From the NCBI GenBank assembly GCA_013416795.1, contig RQSC01000028.1:1038219-1102218 (forward strand): 64,000 nucleotides of DNA, in the 5' to 3' direction. The position numbers and the translations under genes were made by a program. Under the pieces are notes generated by a model that saw only the letters and a list, made by a program, of their open reading frames with translations, had not been told where the DNA came from and searched no databases. Shown in pieces: positions 53,624 through 64,000 of this stretch; the stretch's first letter is position 1, and every line of letters starts with the position of its first letter. The stretch comes from Prasinococcaceae sp. CCMP 1430 (Eukaryota; Plantae; Prasinodermophyta).

Positions 53624-54595
53624 GCGTGGGGCGCGCGCCGCGCCCCGCGCGGCGGGCGCGGCGGGCCTCTTCTCGCTCAGGGGGAAGGTGGTGGTCGTCA
53701 CCGGCGCGTCGTCAGGCATCGGCGGCAGACTCGCGGCCGCGCTCGCGGAGCATGGCGCGGACGTCGTTGCTGTCGCGCGGCGCGCCGAAAGGTTAAAGGT
53801 GCTCGTCGACGATGTCAACGGCGCAGCCGAGAACGACGCCAGCACCGGCGATCCGGACGCTGATGCTGGCGGTGGGCGAGCATCAGCAGTGGTTGCGGAC
53901 CTGGTCGCTGCATATCGGTCCGAGGGAGGGCTCGCGCGCGTGGCCAATGAGTGCATCGATTCGTTCGGCCGTGTTGACGCTGTCGTTAACTGCGCGGGCG
54001 TCAACCTGCGCGAGCCGTGGGACAAGATCTCCCCGGCGAGCTGGGCGGAGCAGCTCGACCTGCATCTGAGCGTGCCGTTCTTCCTCTCGCGCGAGTTCGT
54101 GCCAGGCATGGAAGCGAGGGGTGGCGGTAAGATCATCAACATCGCCTCGCTCACGAGTACCCGGGCCATGCCCGATAGCCTCCCGTACAGCACTGCTAAG
54201 GGAGGGACCGTCATGCTCACCAAATCGATGGTGTGTGAGAACGCTTGGCGATGTGGTCGCCTGCCCCTTTGCGCCGTGCGCTGGTGTTCTCGCCTGAGCT
54301 GACCTCCGCGCGCGCGCGCGTGCAGGCCGAGGCGTGGGGACCGATGGGCGTGACGGCCAACAACATCGCCCCTGGTTACTTCGAGACTGAGCTCACAGCG
54401 CCCGTATTCGCCGACACCGAGCGGGCGGCGAAGCTTGCAGCCACGACGGCCCTCGGCCGCAACGGCGATCTTGATGACCTCGTCGGGCTGGCCGTCTTCC
54501 TCTGCAGCAAGGCGTCTGACTACATAACGGGGCAGACCATCTATTGCGATGGTGGCTTCACTGCCATGGGGCTCGCTCGCCCTGCCAAGAGGTAG
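53624..54595 (+). CDS. Classical short-chain dehydrogenase/reductase (gluconate 5-dehydrogenase-like); 5' end lies in the gap
   Basis: TGASSGIG, VNCAG, KIINIAS, YSTAK, intron 54231-54325, NNIAPGYF.TE, ITGQTIYCDGG. Confidence 0.9.
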
Positions 54596-54849
54596 CGACA
54601 CGGGCAGGCACTCAATGTCGCCGCATATCTGCTGGCCATTGAGGCGGCTGCCGGCGCCGGGCGCGCGAACCACGTCCTAACTAGACTGGACTAGTGCAGT
54701 ACTAATAAAATCCTAATCATATCCCACACACACGCACGGCCGCCGCGGCGGTACCTGCAATTGAACTCCTGCAAACGCGGGCGCGCGCGAGCGATTGCCC
54801 GCATCCTCGCGGGCGAGCCAAGCGCCGGTCTGTGTTGTCGCGCCTATTG

Positions 54850-57221
54850 CTATGCTTTGGGGGTTATTAGTTGAAGCTCTGGTGCGGACATGGTGAGCGC
54901 CGCTTCGATCTCGGAGGCGCTTAGCAACCCGGCCGCTGCGAGCCCACGCGTCATGGATGACTTGATGATAGCAGCGGGCTCATCAAGCACCAGCCAGCGC
55001 TGCTTGGCAACTTTTTCCCCCGTGGGAGCACTCGCGACAATGTTGCGGTGATAATGATTGCGCACGCGCGCCCCGCTCCCTGAGACGGCCGCGAGAAACG
55101 CCTCCCGGTCGATTTTGATGACAAAGCACGGCACCGCAGCGCTCACATTGCCTGCTCGTACTTGGTCCAGGAATTCCGGACAGCTGCGAGCGGCCTTCTC
55201 TCCCATCTCCTTGAGGCTCATGTACGGATAGTGTAGAATGGCCGCGTCCGGATGTGTCACGACCAGCGACTCGCCCTTGTCGTTGGTCTGGACACTGAGC
55301 GGTCGGTTTCGCGCCTGCGCGAGGGGCGCGACCAGCCAGGAAAAGCGTCAACGGATGGTGTGTGGTGGTGCAGGGTGAGGAGGTTCGGAGGCCAGAGCGG
55401 CTAGACGTCAGTGACTGACCGGCTGGTGCCAGCCGCGCGGCCGCGCTCGCCGCTCCAGCAGAGCGGAAATTGTTCTGTGTGCACGCGTACCTTGAAGTCG
55501 TGCGGTCCGAATTGCTGCACAAAGTCGGTGATCTTCGCTGCAGACTTCCCATTCGTGTACACGAGGAAGCTATTTGCGTGAGCGACCATGCCCTTGCCAC
55601 ACCCCTTTTGATTCGGCCCGCAGGTGCAAGAGCTGCTCACAGAGGCATTGCCCGGCAGGCAAGGCGGTCGAAAGTGCCCGTTGCGCGCAAATACCAGCGC
55701 CTCCTCGAACCGACGAGTATAGCCGTCGGGGTGAGATGGCAACACCTTGGCTTCGTGGTTCAAGAACTCCACCTTTTCTGTATCAGGACGCTGCGCAATC
55801 ACCGCCGCCAGCACCGTCGGCAGAGCGAATGCTGCCGACGCAGGGGTGTCAACGGGCCTCGGCAGGGCGTCTGCGGCCAGTGGCTCGGCGGCTGACGCTC
55901 TGCTCACGCCTGTAGCCACGAGTGGGTCGCCACCTTGCATCGTCCTCGCGAGGACGCGCGTGTCGACGCGCGGCCACGTCCTGTTCATGCCGCCGCGCGA
56001 GTAAGGAAACGCCGGGTAAAATAGCTCGTCTACGTCGATGTGCAGGATCCATTTCATGCCGAGTTCGCGTGCGGTGTGAATGGCTTCCTCTGAGTTGAAG
56101 GACTGCTTGATCATCAGCCTAAAATTGCCGGGCTGTGATCCAAACTCGGGCATCCACTTGGCGAGCATTGACTGAGTGAAGTTCACGGAATTTGGGGGAA
56201 ACACTGGTCCCCGCCCCCCCACGCGCTCCCAGAGCATCCCAGACTCGTCCACGCGCGACCAGTGCTCGTCTGCAAAGGTTTTCAGATTGGCCTGCCTCCA
56301 CTGCGTTTCGCTGCTACTCAGATCCATGGGCACCCACTTGCCGCCGTTGGAGCCGTGCCGGTCTTCGAAGGCGAGGTCCAGCAAATGCACGCAGCTGCTG
56401 ATGTTCCTCAACAATCGTTTCGCTGCCTCCGCTGACGGGTCACCCCACGCGCCGTCGTAGAAGATGATGAAGCGCTCTATGCCAATCTCGGCGTGCTGTG
56501 CTCGCGCACAGCGTGCAGCGTGGGCATGCGGCGGCGCAAGAGACTGTCAGGAAAGCCAGAGCACGTAAACCCTTGTAAGTCGGGGCGCGGGTCCGACGAG
56601 CGGCGTATGGCGCACTCATCGCACCCCGTGCGCATCGGCGTCCCCAGCGCGAGCACGTACGTATAGGATCCATGGGATCACATCTCGGACCACGTCTCTC
56701 CAGCCGGCCGCGGTCGTTGTAAAGACTGCCACGTGAGGCTCGCTTCGTTGCGCTGAGCGCGCGCGCGCGGCCTGGCACCGCGCGTTTGCCCAGTCAACCA
56801 GCGCGCGCGCCTCGGCGTCACCGCGCACCAAGCCCATCTCGGCAGTGTATTGCAGACGCAGCTGCCCCTCCTCGCCTGGAGGAGGTCGATGCGCGCTCAC
56901 CTCTGCCGTGGCGCGAACGCTGCCAATGTCTGCTGTGAGAGGCAGCGACGACGCGACGACGTTCGCTTCTACGAGCGTCTTGCGGTGCCGCAGCTCCTCA
57001 GCCATCGAGACAATCTGCTGCGTGTCAAAGCGCCCGCCGTGGTGGGACAGCGCGGGCTGTGTCGCGAGTAGGAAGTGGCCGAGCAGGGCGTACGCGGCGG
57101 CTCCGCCCAGCAGCACCACACACACCGCAGTTGTTCGCGCCTTGCGCAGCCTTTGCGACAGAGGCACGCGGCGCGCCGTCACGGTTGCAGCAATTGGCGC
57201 GGTGCCTTCCGTCGGCGCCAT
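54850..57221 (-). CDS. KOBITO1/ELD1-like type II membrane glycosyltransferase-like protein
   Basis: Exons 57221-56661, 56495-55491 and 55314-54850. Motifs PWILYHAEIGIERFIIFYDG, WILHIDVDEL, FLVYTNGKSAAKI, AAILHYPY, CFVIKIDREAF. Confidence 0.8.
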
Positions 57222-57513
57222 TACCCTTGCGGCCCCTCTCCCGGTCGACCACTCGCGCGGAGCGCGCATAGCAGGCGCGTGCCAGCGCGCGCCACGCGCG
57301 CGCGCTGTGGCGCGCAGCGCGTGCACGGCTTGCAGGTGAGCTTGTCAACACCCGCATGCGCTACATGTTTTTTTATTTGGTCGCAGAAGCGACCAGAAAT
57401 TGTTTTGACTTCAGACATGATCTGCAGCGCGGATAAATGACTCAGGTGTGACGTATGATGATGGGGTCAATGTGCATGTGGTCGCATGTTACTCGTCGTA
57501 CTACCGATGGTGT

Positions 57514-58650
57514 TCACACGTCTAGACACGGGTACCCGCCCTGGGAGCGTGGCACGTACTCGAGTTCGGCGCGCGCCCTGCACAGCGCCGGGCCCTGCTT
57601 GGGGTGCGCGTGCAGCACCTTGAACATGTCCCAGCGGCTCGTGTCGTTTAGTTGGCCCTGTGTGCTGTGCTTGGCATGTTGAAAACCGCCCGAGGCCGAT
57701 ATCTGCCCCTCGGCGGCTGCGGCGGCGACCTCGCGGATCTTGGCCTCAGTCGCAGTGTCGAAGGTGACGAACTGCAGCACCTCGCGGAAAGCGTCGAACG
57801 CCTCAGGATAGGTCTTGAAGCGCTCGATGCGCAGTGGCAGCTGTGGCGCGCCGATCTCGCTCGCCCCGCTCGACAAGAAATTGTTGATGTATAGCCTCAG
57901 AGCGTAGCCCATGGCTCCGATGTCCAAGTTTTTGACGAGACCCTCTTCGACAGGGACCTCGTTTAGGTACTGCGTGATTGACCGACCCCCCAAGTTGGGT
58001 CTCGGTAGCGCCATCCAGTGCGGCTCCTTGTTTGCCTTGGTGTACAAGTAGTCGCTCACGGCTGCATCGAAAGGCTCGCGCATGTGCGTCACGTAGCGGT
58101 ACGCGCCCGCGGCGATCATCGCCCGGCACTCCGGTGGCAATTCATCCATTGTCCTCCTGGCGTGCCGCTCATTCCCATAGAAGTTGTGTGGAAGCCCATT
58201 GTTCACGAGAACCACTAAAGAGAGCTCACCGTTGACGGACGGGGCGTCCGCGTGCTCGAGAGCACTAGGCCCTGACATCTTGGGCGATGGCAGCGGCCTG
58301 AGCTCGCGCATCAGTGTGAAGTTGCAGGCTACGTCCAGCCAGCTGCCTCTTCGGCATTTCGATACCCTCCCCGCATGATAGTCAGCGGCGCACTGCGTTT
58401 CGTAGATGCCGTCCTTGATGCCACCCACCATCGCATAGTCGATGATGCCAGCGTCCCTGGCCCGTTTAAGGAACTCGTGGATCATCATTGAGCCGGCCTT
58501 ATGTTGCTTCCCAATGACGGTCAGACCCCGTCGTTGGCCGTTTGGCGTGAAGTACTTGTGCGCTTGCGCCAACGCGCCGCGAGGCCACAGCACGCACGCG
58601 CACGCGCACAGAAGCGGAACCAGGAGCAGGCGCCCAACGCGCGTCTTCAT
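57514..58650 (-). CDS. Secreted/Golgi sulfotransferase-like protein
   Basis: N-terminal signal/anchor, 5'-PSB-like KQHKAGSMM and 3'-PB-like THMREPFDAAVSDYLY. Confidence 0.6.
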   Translation of the reverse strand: MKTRVGRLLLVPLLCACACVLWPRGALAQAHKYFTPNGQRRGLTVIGKQHKAGSMMIHEFLKRARDAGIIDYAMVGGIKDGIYETQCAADYHAGRVSKCRRGSWLDVACNFTLMRELRPLPSPKMSGPSALEHADAPSVNGELSLVVLVNNGLPHNFYGNERHARRTMDELPPECRAMIAAGAYRYVTHMREPFDAAVSDYLYTKANKEPHWMALPRPNLGGRSITQYLNEVPVEEGLVKNLDIGAMGYALRLYINNFLSSGASEIGAPQLPLRIERFKTYPEAFDAFREVLQFVTFDTATEAKIREVAAAAAEGQISASGGFQHAKHSTQGQLNDTSRWDMFKVLHAHPKQGPALCRARAELEYVPRSQGGYPCLDV

Positions 58651-58847
58651 GGTGACAGCACCTCCGGGTCCCCGCGAGCAGCGGGCGTCGTCGTCCCCGA
58701 GAGGCGAGAGCCCCCGAGGATGTTAAAAGCGACCAGACGCGGCAGATGTGGGTGCGCGCCCACACGCACGCAGCGACGAAAGCGGAAAGAGGCTGAGGGA
58801 CGGCGTACCTCGCACGGGCGGCGCCTGCGTCCTCCCTTCCTCCCCTC

Positions 58848-58848
<1 letters not shown>

Positions 58849-58891
<43 letters not shown>
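58849..58891. repeat. Poly-C/poly-G tract (about 43 nt) in a divergent promoter
   Basis: Read directly from the sequence. Confidence 0.95.
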
Positions 58892-58892
<1 letters not shown>

Positions 58893-59148
58893 CGCACTCG
58901 CCGCGCAGTGTGGCCCGCCGCGGCGCCGCGTGGGATGACCAACGCAAGAATGGCTGAGGCGAAATTTTCCAACGTGCGAGCAGAGGCCGGAGCATCCCCG
59001 GAGACCCTCTCAACATCCACATCCACGCCGCAGCGTCGCGCCACACACGCGCGGCGAGGCGCGGCGCGGCGCGGCGCGGCGGGCTCGTACGCGCGCCGCG
59101 CGCGCGGCTGCGGGCGCCGGCGCGGGGCGGCCCGACGACGAAGCGTTC

Positions 59149-59643
59149 ATGCGCGAGGCGGTGGAGCTCGCGCTGCGCGCGCAGGGCAAGACGCATCCGA
59201 ACCCCGTGGTGGGTTGCATCATCGTCAGTGCCTCGGGCGAGGTCGTCGGTCGCGGCTTCCACCCGAAGGCGGGCGAGCCGCACGCGGAGATATTTGCGCT
59301 GCGTGATGCGGGCCTCGACGTGAGCGCCGCGGCGGGTGACCCCGAGTGGACGGTGGAAGGAGATCAGGCGCGCGGGTGCACGGCGTACGTCACGCTGGAA
59401 CCGTGCGACCACGTGGGCCGCACACCGCCGTGCTCGCGCGCGCTGGTCGCGGCTGGCGTGTCCCGCGTCGTCGTCGGTTGCGGCGACCCGGACCCGCGCG
59501 TGGATGGCGGCGGCATCCGCACACTGCAGGCGGCGGGCGTCGAAGTGTCGGTGGGCGTCGAGGAGCAGATGTGCCTCGACGCCAACGTAGAATTCTTCGA
59601 CAGGCTCAAGGCTGAGCGCGACGCCGCCAACGCAAGCAGCTAA
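59149..59643 (+). CDS. PYRD: Riboflavin pathway pyrimidine deaminase (RibD deaminase domain only, plant PyrD type)
   Basis: THPNPVVGCIIV, KAGEPHAE, YVTLEPCDHVGRTPPC, DPDPRVDGGG. There is no reductase domain. Confidence 0.92.
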   Translation: MREAVELALRAQGKTHPNPVVGCIIVSASGEVVGRGFHPKAGEPHAEIFALRDAGLDVSAAAGDPEWTVEGDQARGCTAYVTLEPCDHVGRTPPCSRALVAAGVSRVVVGCGDPDPRVDGGGIRTLQAAGVEVSVGVEEQMCLDANVEFFDRLKAERDAANASS

Positions 59644-60144
59644 TGCGAGCGTCTCGCTGTTATATGATTCTCTCTCCAGTCACTAGTGCGCCCACGTCGG
59701 TGCGCTCGCGTGCGCGGAACCCGACGGGCGAGCGCCTGGCTGGGGCGACCGCCGGCGGGTGCGTCGTGCTGCTATCGTCACGCCTGGACCCCGCGCTCTC
59801 GCTGTCGTGTGGCGAGCGCCTCGGAGACGAGCGCGAGCTCGAGGTCGGCCTTGCGTGCAGCGTGCCGTGCAGTCCCGTCATGACTTATCGAAAAGTGCGC
59901 CCGCGAGTGGAACGGAACCGGATGAGGTGTGATGGGCGATTGGGGGGGAAGCGAAGGTGCCACAAGTGCGGCGGTGCGCGCGCTCTTCCCCCTTCTTCCC
60001 CCTTCTCACGTCGCCCCGCCCCCCACCCCTCGTCGTCGGCGGGGCGCAGCGCTCTCTCTCTCTCTCTCCTCCCCCCCCCTTCCAGCCCTTCAACCCCGCC
60101 CGCCTCTCCCGCCGCTCTCGAGCTCTTGCCGGCGCGCGCGCGGG

Positions 60145-61452
60145 ATGTCGTTCGCCGACAGCCTGTCGCGGCGCAGGGCCGGTGGCGGCCTTCCAGTTGC
60201 GGGTGAAGGGCGTCGACCAGCACGAGGCGGCACGTCTCGGCGAGCCGCTGCGCAGGATCTGCGCGGATGCGGACGTGGCATTCATCGTCAATGAGCGAGC
60301 TGGGCCACAGGCGGGGCGAGCTGGGGTGCGGGCGGCGCGGGCGGTGTGGCGGGCGGCGGCGCTGCCGGGCGCGTGGCGCAGGGGGGCAGGGCGCCGGCTG
60401 CGGGGGGTGGCAGCTTCTCCGCGGGTCAAGGCTTTGGCGCAGGTGGGAGCTCGACGGACGGCGGGGTGCAAGCGAGCGGCACAGTGGCGGAGCGTGCCGT
60501 CGGAGCAGCGCAGGCGGCCGCGGAGACGTTTGCCCGCGCCGTGGCTGCGCTCAGCCGAGCCCTCGCGGACGGTGCCGACGACAGCCAGGTGCTCGGCGCG
60601 CTGCTCGCAGAAGCAGAGGGTGCGGGGCGTAAGGCGCACGCGGAGATATCTCGCGTGCCATGCGAAAAATTGGCGACCGCGTCCAAGCTGCGGACAGACG
60701 TCGAGGAGAGGCTCGATCTTCAGCTCGCGAGGCTGCGGCGTGAGGTCGCCGCCGCAAGGCTTCGCAGCAACCGCAGTGCCTCCGGCGATGCTGGCGGCTC
60801 GGCAGCGACTAGCAGCTCACAGCGCGACCAGGGCAAGACAGGCAACTTCATGAACGGCGGGGCCTCGCCTTGGGCATCTGAGCTGGGCGTGCGTGACGGC
60901 TCGCGCCAGGTGCAGGAAGAGGATGCTGTCGTGGCCGAGGAGCGGCGCATGCTGCAGGAGCAGCAGAAGCGTGCCGAGCAGGAGGCGCAAGAGATAGAAG
61001 CGCAGATTGCATTCAATGAGTGCGTGCGCTTTGGCCACTGCTCCACGCCCCCGTCCCGCGCCCCGAATCAACGCAGGTCCTGGCGTGCGCGCTCAGTCTG
61101 TCTGCTGCGGGCGCGTTCGCGAGCGAGCACGCAACGCCGTGCGCGTGCCCCGTTCACGCCTCCCAAGGCACGGGTCCACCCCTGCCGCTGACACGTGTGC
61201 GCGCCCTCACGTATCAATGGCGCGCGCGGCAGGGATCTCATTGCCGAACGTGAGGAGGGCATCGAGCAGGCCATCGAAGACATCCACGACATCAAGGAGG
61301 TATTCCAAAACCTGGCGACGCTTGTGGCTGAGCAGGGCGAGACTCTCGAGGACATTGACGACAACATGACGCGGACGGCCATGCAGACCAAGGCAGCTGT
61401 CGGGCAGCTCAAGGAGGCGCACAAGATGAGCTCTAAATGCGCCGTGATGTGA
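60145..61452 (+). CDS. Qa-SNARE of the syntaxin-7/12/Pep12/SYP2 type, without a TM anchor and ending in CaaX
   Basis: Start MSFAD. Intron 61020-61232 gives QIAFNEDLIAEREEGIEQ...IKEVFQNLATLVAEQGETLEDIDDNM. Ends KCAVM*. The frame is interrupted by TGA 60292-60294 unless 60182-60295 is removed. Confidence 0.85.
60173..60294 (+). pseudogene. thiE: About 40-codon fragment resembling alphaproteobacterial (sphingomonad) thiamine-phosphate synthase
   Basis: An alternative frame reads AGPVAAFQLRVKGVDQHEAARLGEPLRRICADADVAFIVN, which I recognise as the ThiE QLRxK...FIVND segment. The similarity stops abruptly on both sides. Confidence 0.8.
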
Positions 61453-61609
61453 CCGCCTAAAGCAAACCTCACACACATGACACTGTCGCCTCGCGCACAG
61501 GATAAGGACTATCACGTCGCGGAAAGAATGTGCGAATACATTGCCCACACAGTGGGCACCCATGAGATTCCACCCAACAGAGGATATGCCGTCCCCGCGT
61601 GACACACAC

Positions 61610-63542
61610 TCACGCAAGCATCGGCCGCGGCAGCCCCGAACGGGCGCCGGCCGGACCCACTTCCCTGGCGCCGAGGACGAGCGCGCCAAGCGCCCACTCG
61701 ATGCTCACGCCGCCTGCGTGGTTGGCGAAGTATACGTCGGGCGAGACGCCGCTCGCGCCTGCATCCGCCTCCTGCCCAGCAGCGCCCGCGCGCTCCAGGA
61801 AGGCCGATATTAGCGCGCTCGAGAAGCAGCTTGTGCGCGCGTTGAAGAGCTCGCCCTCGTCCCCGTGCGCGCGCGCCTCAATGTCGGACCACGGACGCGC
61901 GCAGTGTGCCGCGCCCGCGGTCGCAAAAGAGGTCACCGTCATTGGCTTCGCCTGCACAGCACGGGGTCAGCACCGCAGCAGCGCTACCCCCTTCTTCCAG
62001 CATTGCAGGCGCAGACACGACCGCCCAAAACGCGCGCGCGCATCGTACCTCGTCGAAGCCGTCAAGGTACTCCGCCTTGGCGAAGTACTTGGCAGTGTAA
62101 AGTGCGTTCTCCGTGGCGTACACGACTGGCGCGTTCGCCAACGAAGGGAATTGCTTGCCCGCCACGCACACTTCGCCTGTGCGATCAGCCTCCCTCCCTC
62201 CACTCCCGCGGCACCCCTCCGTCGCGAGCAGCACCTCATCTACAAGCGCGCGGCAGGCGCGGAAGTCGCCACTGCCATCGAGGCTGACCTGCGTCCCGCC
62301 CGTGCCTGTGCTCACGGCTCCAGCGTCTGCGCTCTCGCTGCGACCGCGCGGCAGGCAGGGGTGCGCGCTCGTCTTCTGGCCGGCGGCGGCAGCCTTGGCC
62401 GAGAGGTGTGCGTTCACGCGAGAGTGCGCGGAATCCATCCCCAGACCGAGAAACGAGTGCACAAACACGTCCTGCTTCACCCCCCCGAGGGAGACTGAGA
62501 CCGTATCCTCGTCCAGGACGTCCCCGGAGTCGCCGGAGTCGACCATTTCGACGAGCGCGACCTGCGCAGAGGCGCCACCGACCTCAAACATGGCCACAGA
62601 CCTCGCAGCGTCCTCGACGCCTGCAGCGCGTAGCGCGTGGTTCACGGCGGCCCAGCCAAAGAGCGCCTCCTCGCGACCCGAGATGACGCGTGCGCCGGTG
62701 GCAACGTCGAAGGCAAAGGGCGACACGGCCAGCTGCCTCGCACACGCGGCCAGCAGCTGCGCCTGCTTGGCTTCTGGGAGCAAGCGCATGCCCGCCGTCG
62801 CCATCAGCCGCACGCGCGTCGCCTTGCGTGCGGTGACTGGCACGTGTGCAACCGCAAAGCGCAAGAGCTGAGCGACGCTTGCGGCCGCCCCGTCAGGGTC
62901 GGAGGCGTACGCAGACAGGCCCGGCGACACCTTCAGGTCACGGGTGGAGAGCAACAGGACGGCGCCGTCGCCGCGGGCGCCACCGACCGTGTACTCGTAC
63001 ACGTGCACGCGCGTGCCCGTGCTACCTGCGTCTAGGACGACGTCGTATCGCGGTCGTGCCACGCCAGGCACGTTCCCGCCCAGCGCGAGCAGCACGAGCA
63101 GCGCCGCCGCAGCGATGGCAGCCAGCAGCACCGGGAGTCTGCGATTCGACCGCCGCATTTGACCGATCACCCGCCGCAGCGCGCCCATCGCGCCGCCTCG
63201 CAACTCTTTGTTTGCCCCACCGTCTCCAGGTGAGAGTGCCCCCGCGGCGTTGCCCTCGGGCTGCCACCGGGAGAAGTGGATCACGCGCGAGTGCGGGCTG
63301 CTGCTCGCACCGTGCGCGCTCCCGGCGGAGTGTGCCGGCACAGCGGCCAGCGCCGCAGCGGCGAGCGAGTCCTGGATAGACGAGTTCCGGCGCAGGTGGG
63401 CTGGCGCTGGTGCTGGCGCTGGAGCGGCGGCGGCGGCGGCGGCCGCCGCTCCCTGTGGCGCGACTGCCGGCGGCTGGTGGTGGAGCGCGACCGACGACGA
63501 GCCGCGGCGGAGCACGCGTGCCTCGCGGTGGCCCTCTCGCAT
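61610..63542 (-). CDS. GDA1/CD39 apyrase (nucleoside diphosphatase), type II membrane
   Basis: Apyrase conserved regions DAGSTGTR, ATAGMRLL, ISGREEALFGW, EVGGASAQ, HSFLGLG and EWALGA. Intron 61952-62048. The start is 63542 or 63188. Confidence 0.92.
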
Positions 63543-64000
63543 CCGCCGCGTTCGAGGTCGGCCGCGGCCGCGAGCGCACGCCGCGGCCCGCGCGGCCGCG
63601 ACCAACTCCCCCCTCCCTTCCACCGAGGAGGGGAAGGGGCCGGGCGGCCAAGGTGAAGGGGAGGGGGGAAAGGGGGGGGCGAGCCCGGCACGCCGTGTGG
63701 CGGAAGGGGGCGCACGTGCCGCGCAGCGAGCGAGCGGCCCACGCGCACCGATGGCTTTTCACCGTTTCCACTTTCGCATTGGCCAGCAGTTCATTTTCTC
63801 CCCTCTCTGTGGGGAGATGCGCTGATGCGCTACAAGCCGCACGCCCGGCGCGGGCGTGGGGCGTGTCCCGGCGAGGCGCGCCTCTGGCGCCTCGCTCAGC
63901 GAGGCGCGCGGCACGGGTCGGGCTGCGGCGGCCGAGAGGGCGACGGGGATGGGGGTGTCATCGCTTGGCGCCCTCTTGCCGCGCACGGCGCGCGCGGCGG

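Noticed and set aside
59957-60853. A complete thiE gene in ORF 59957..60853
   Set aside because: Only about 40 codons resemble ThiE. The rest of the frame is low-complexity shadow of the syntaxin region.
1-64000. Transposable elements or viral insertions
   Set aside because: No RT, integrase, transposase or capsid motifs, and no LTRs or terminal inverted repeats with target-site duplications were seen.

Overview
This is gene-dense, very GC-rich eukaryotic nuclear DNA with short spliceosomal introns. Nineteen of the 20 introns tallied for the donor consensus start GTRCG. Plastid-targeted genes (HCF136, LSF2, D27-like, CRSH-type RelA/SpoT, PyrD/RibD) together with ciliary genes (dynein LC5-like thioredoxin, CSPP1-like) point to a green alga, probably of prasinophyte grade (inference). 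About 35 protein-coding genes or gene fragments are present, plus four N gaps. I found no rRNA, no convincing tRNA, no transposon and no CRISPR array. The most unusual observations are: (1) a ~120-bp fragment resembling sphingomonad thiE inside the 5' coding region of a syntaxin gene, removable as an in-frame GT-AG intron; (2) a single-ORF fusion of ACMSD (kynurenine pathway) with a PhzF/PBLD isomerase; (3) the same syntaxin lacks a transmembrane anchor and ends in a CaaX box; (4) an LRR gene with an in-frame TAG followed by two more intact repeats; (5) a secreted temptin-domain copper monooxygenase with a Lys/Cys-rich tail; (6) FANCM carrying a PHD finger. All family assignments come from recognising motifs by eye; no database searches were run.
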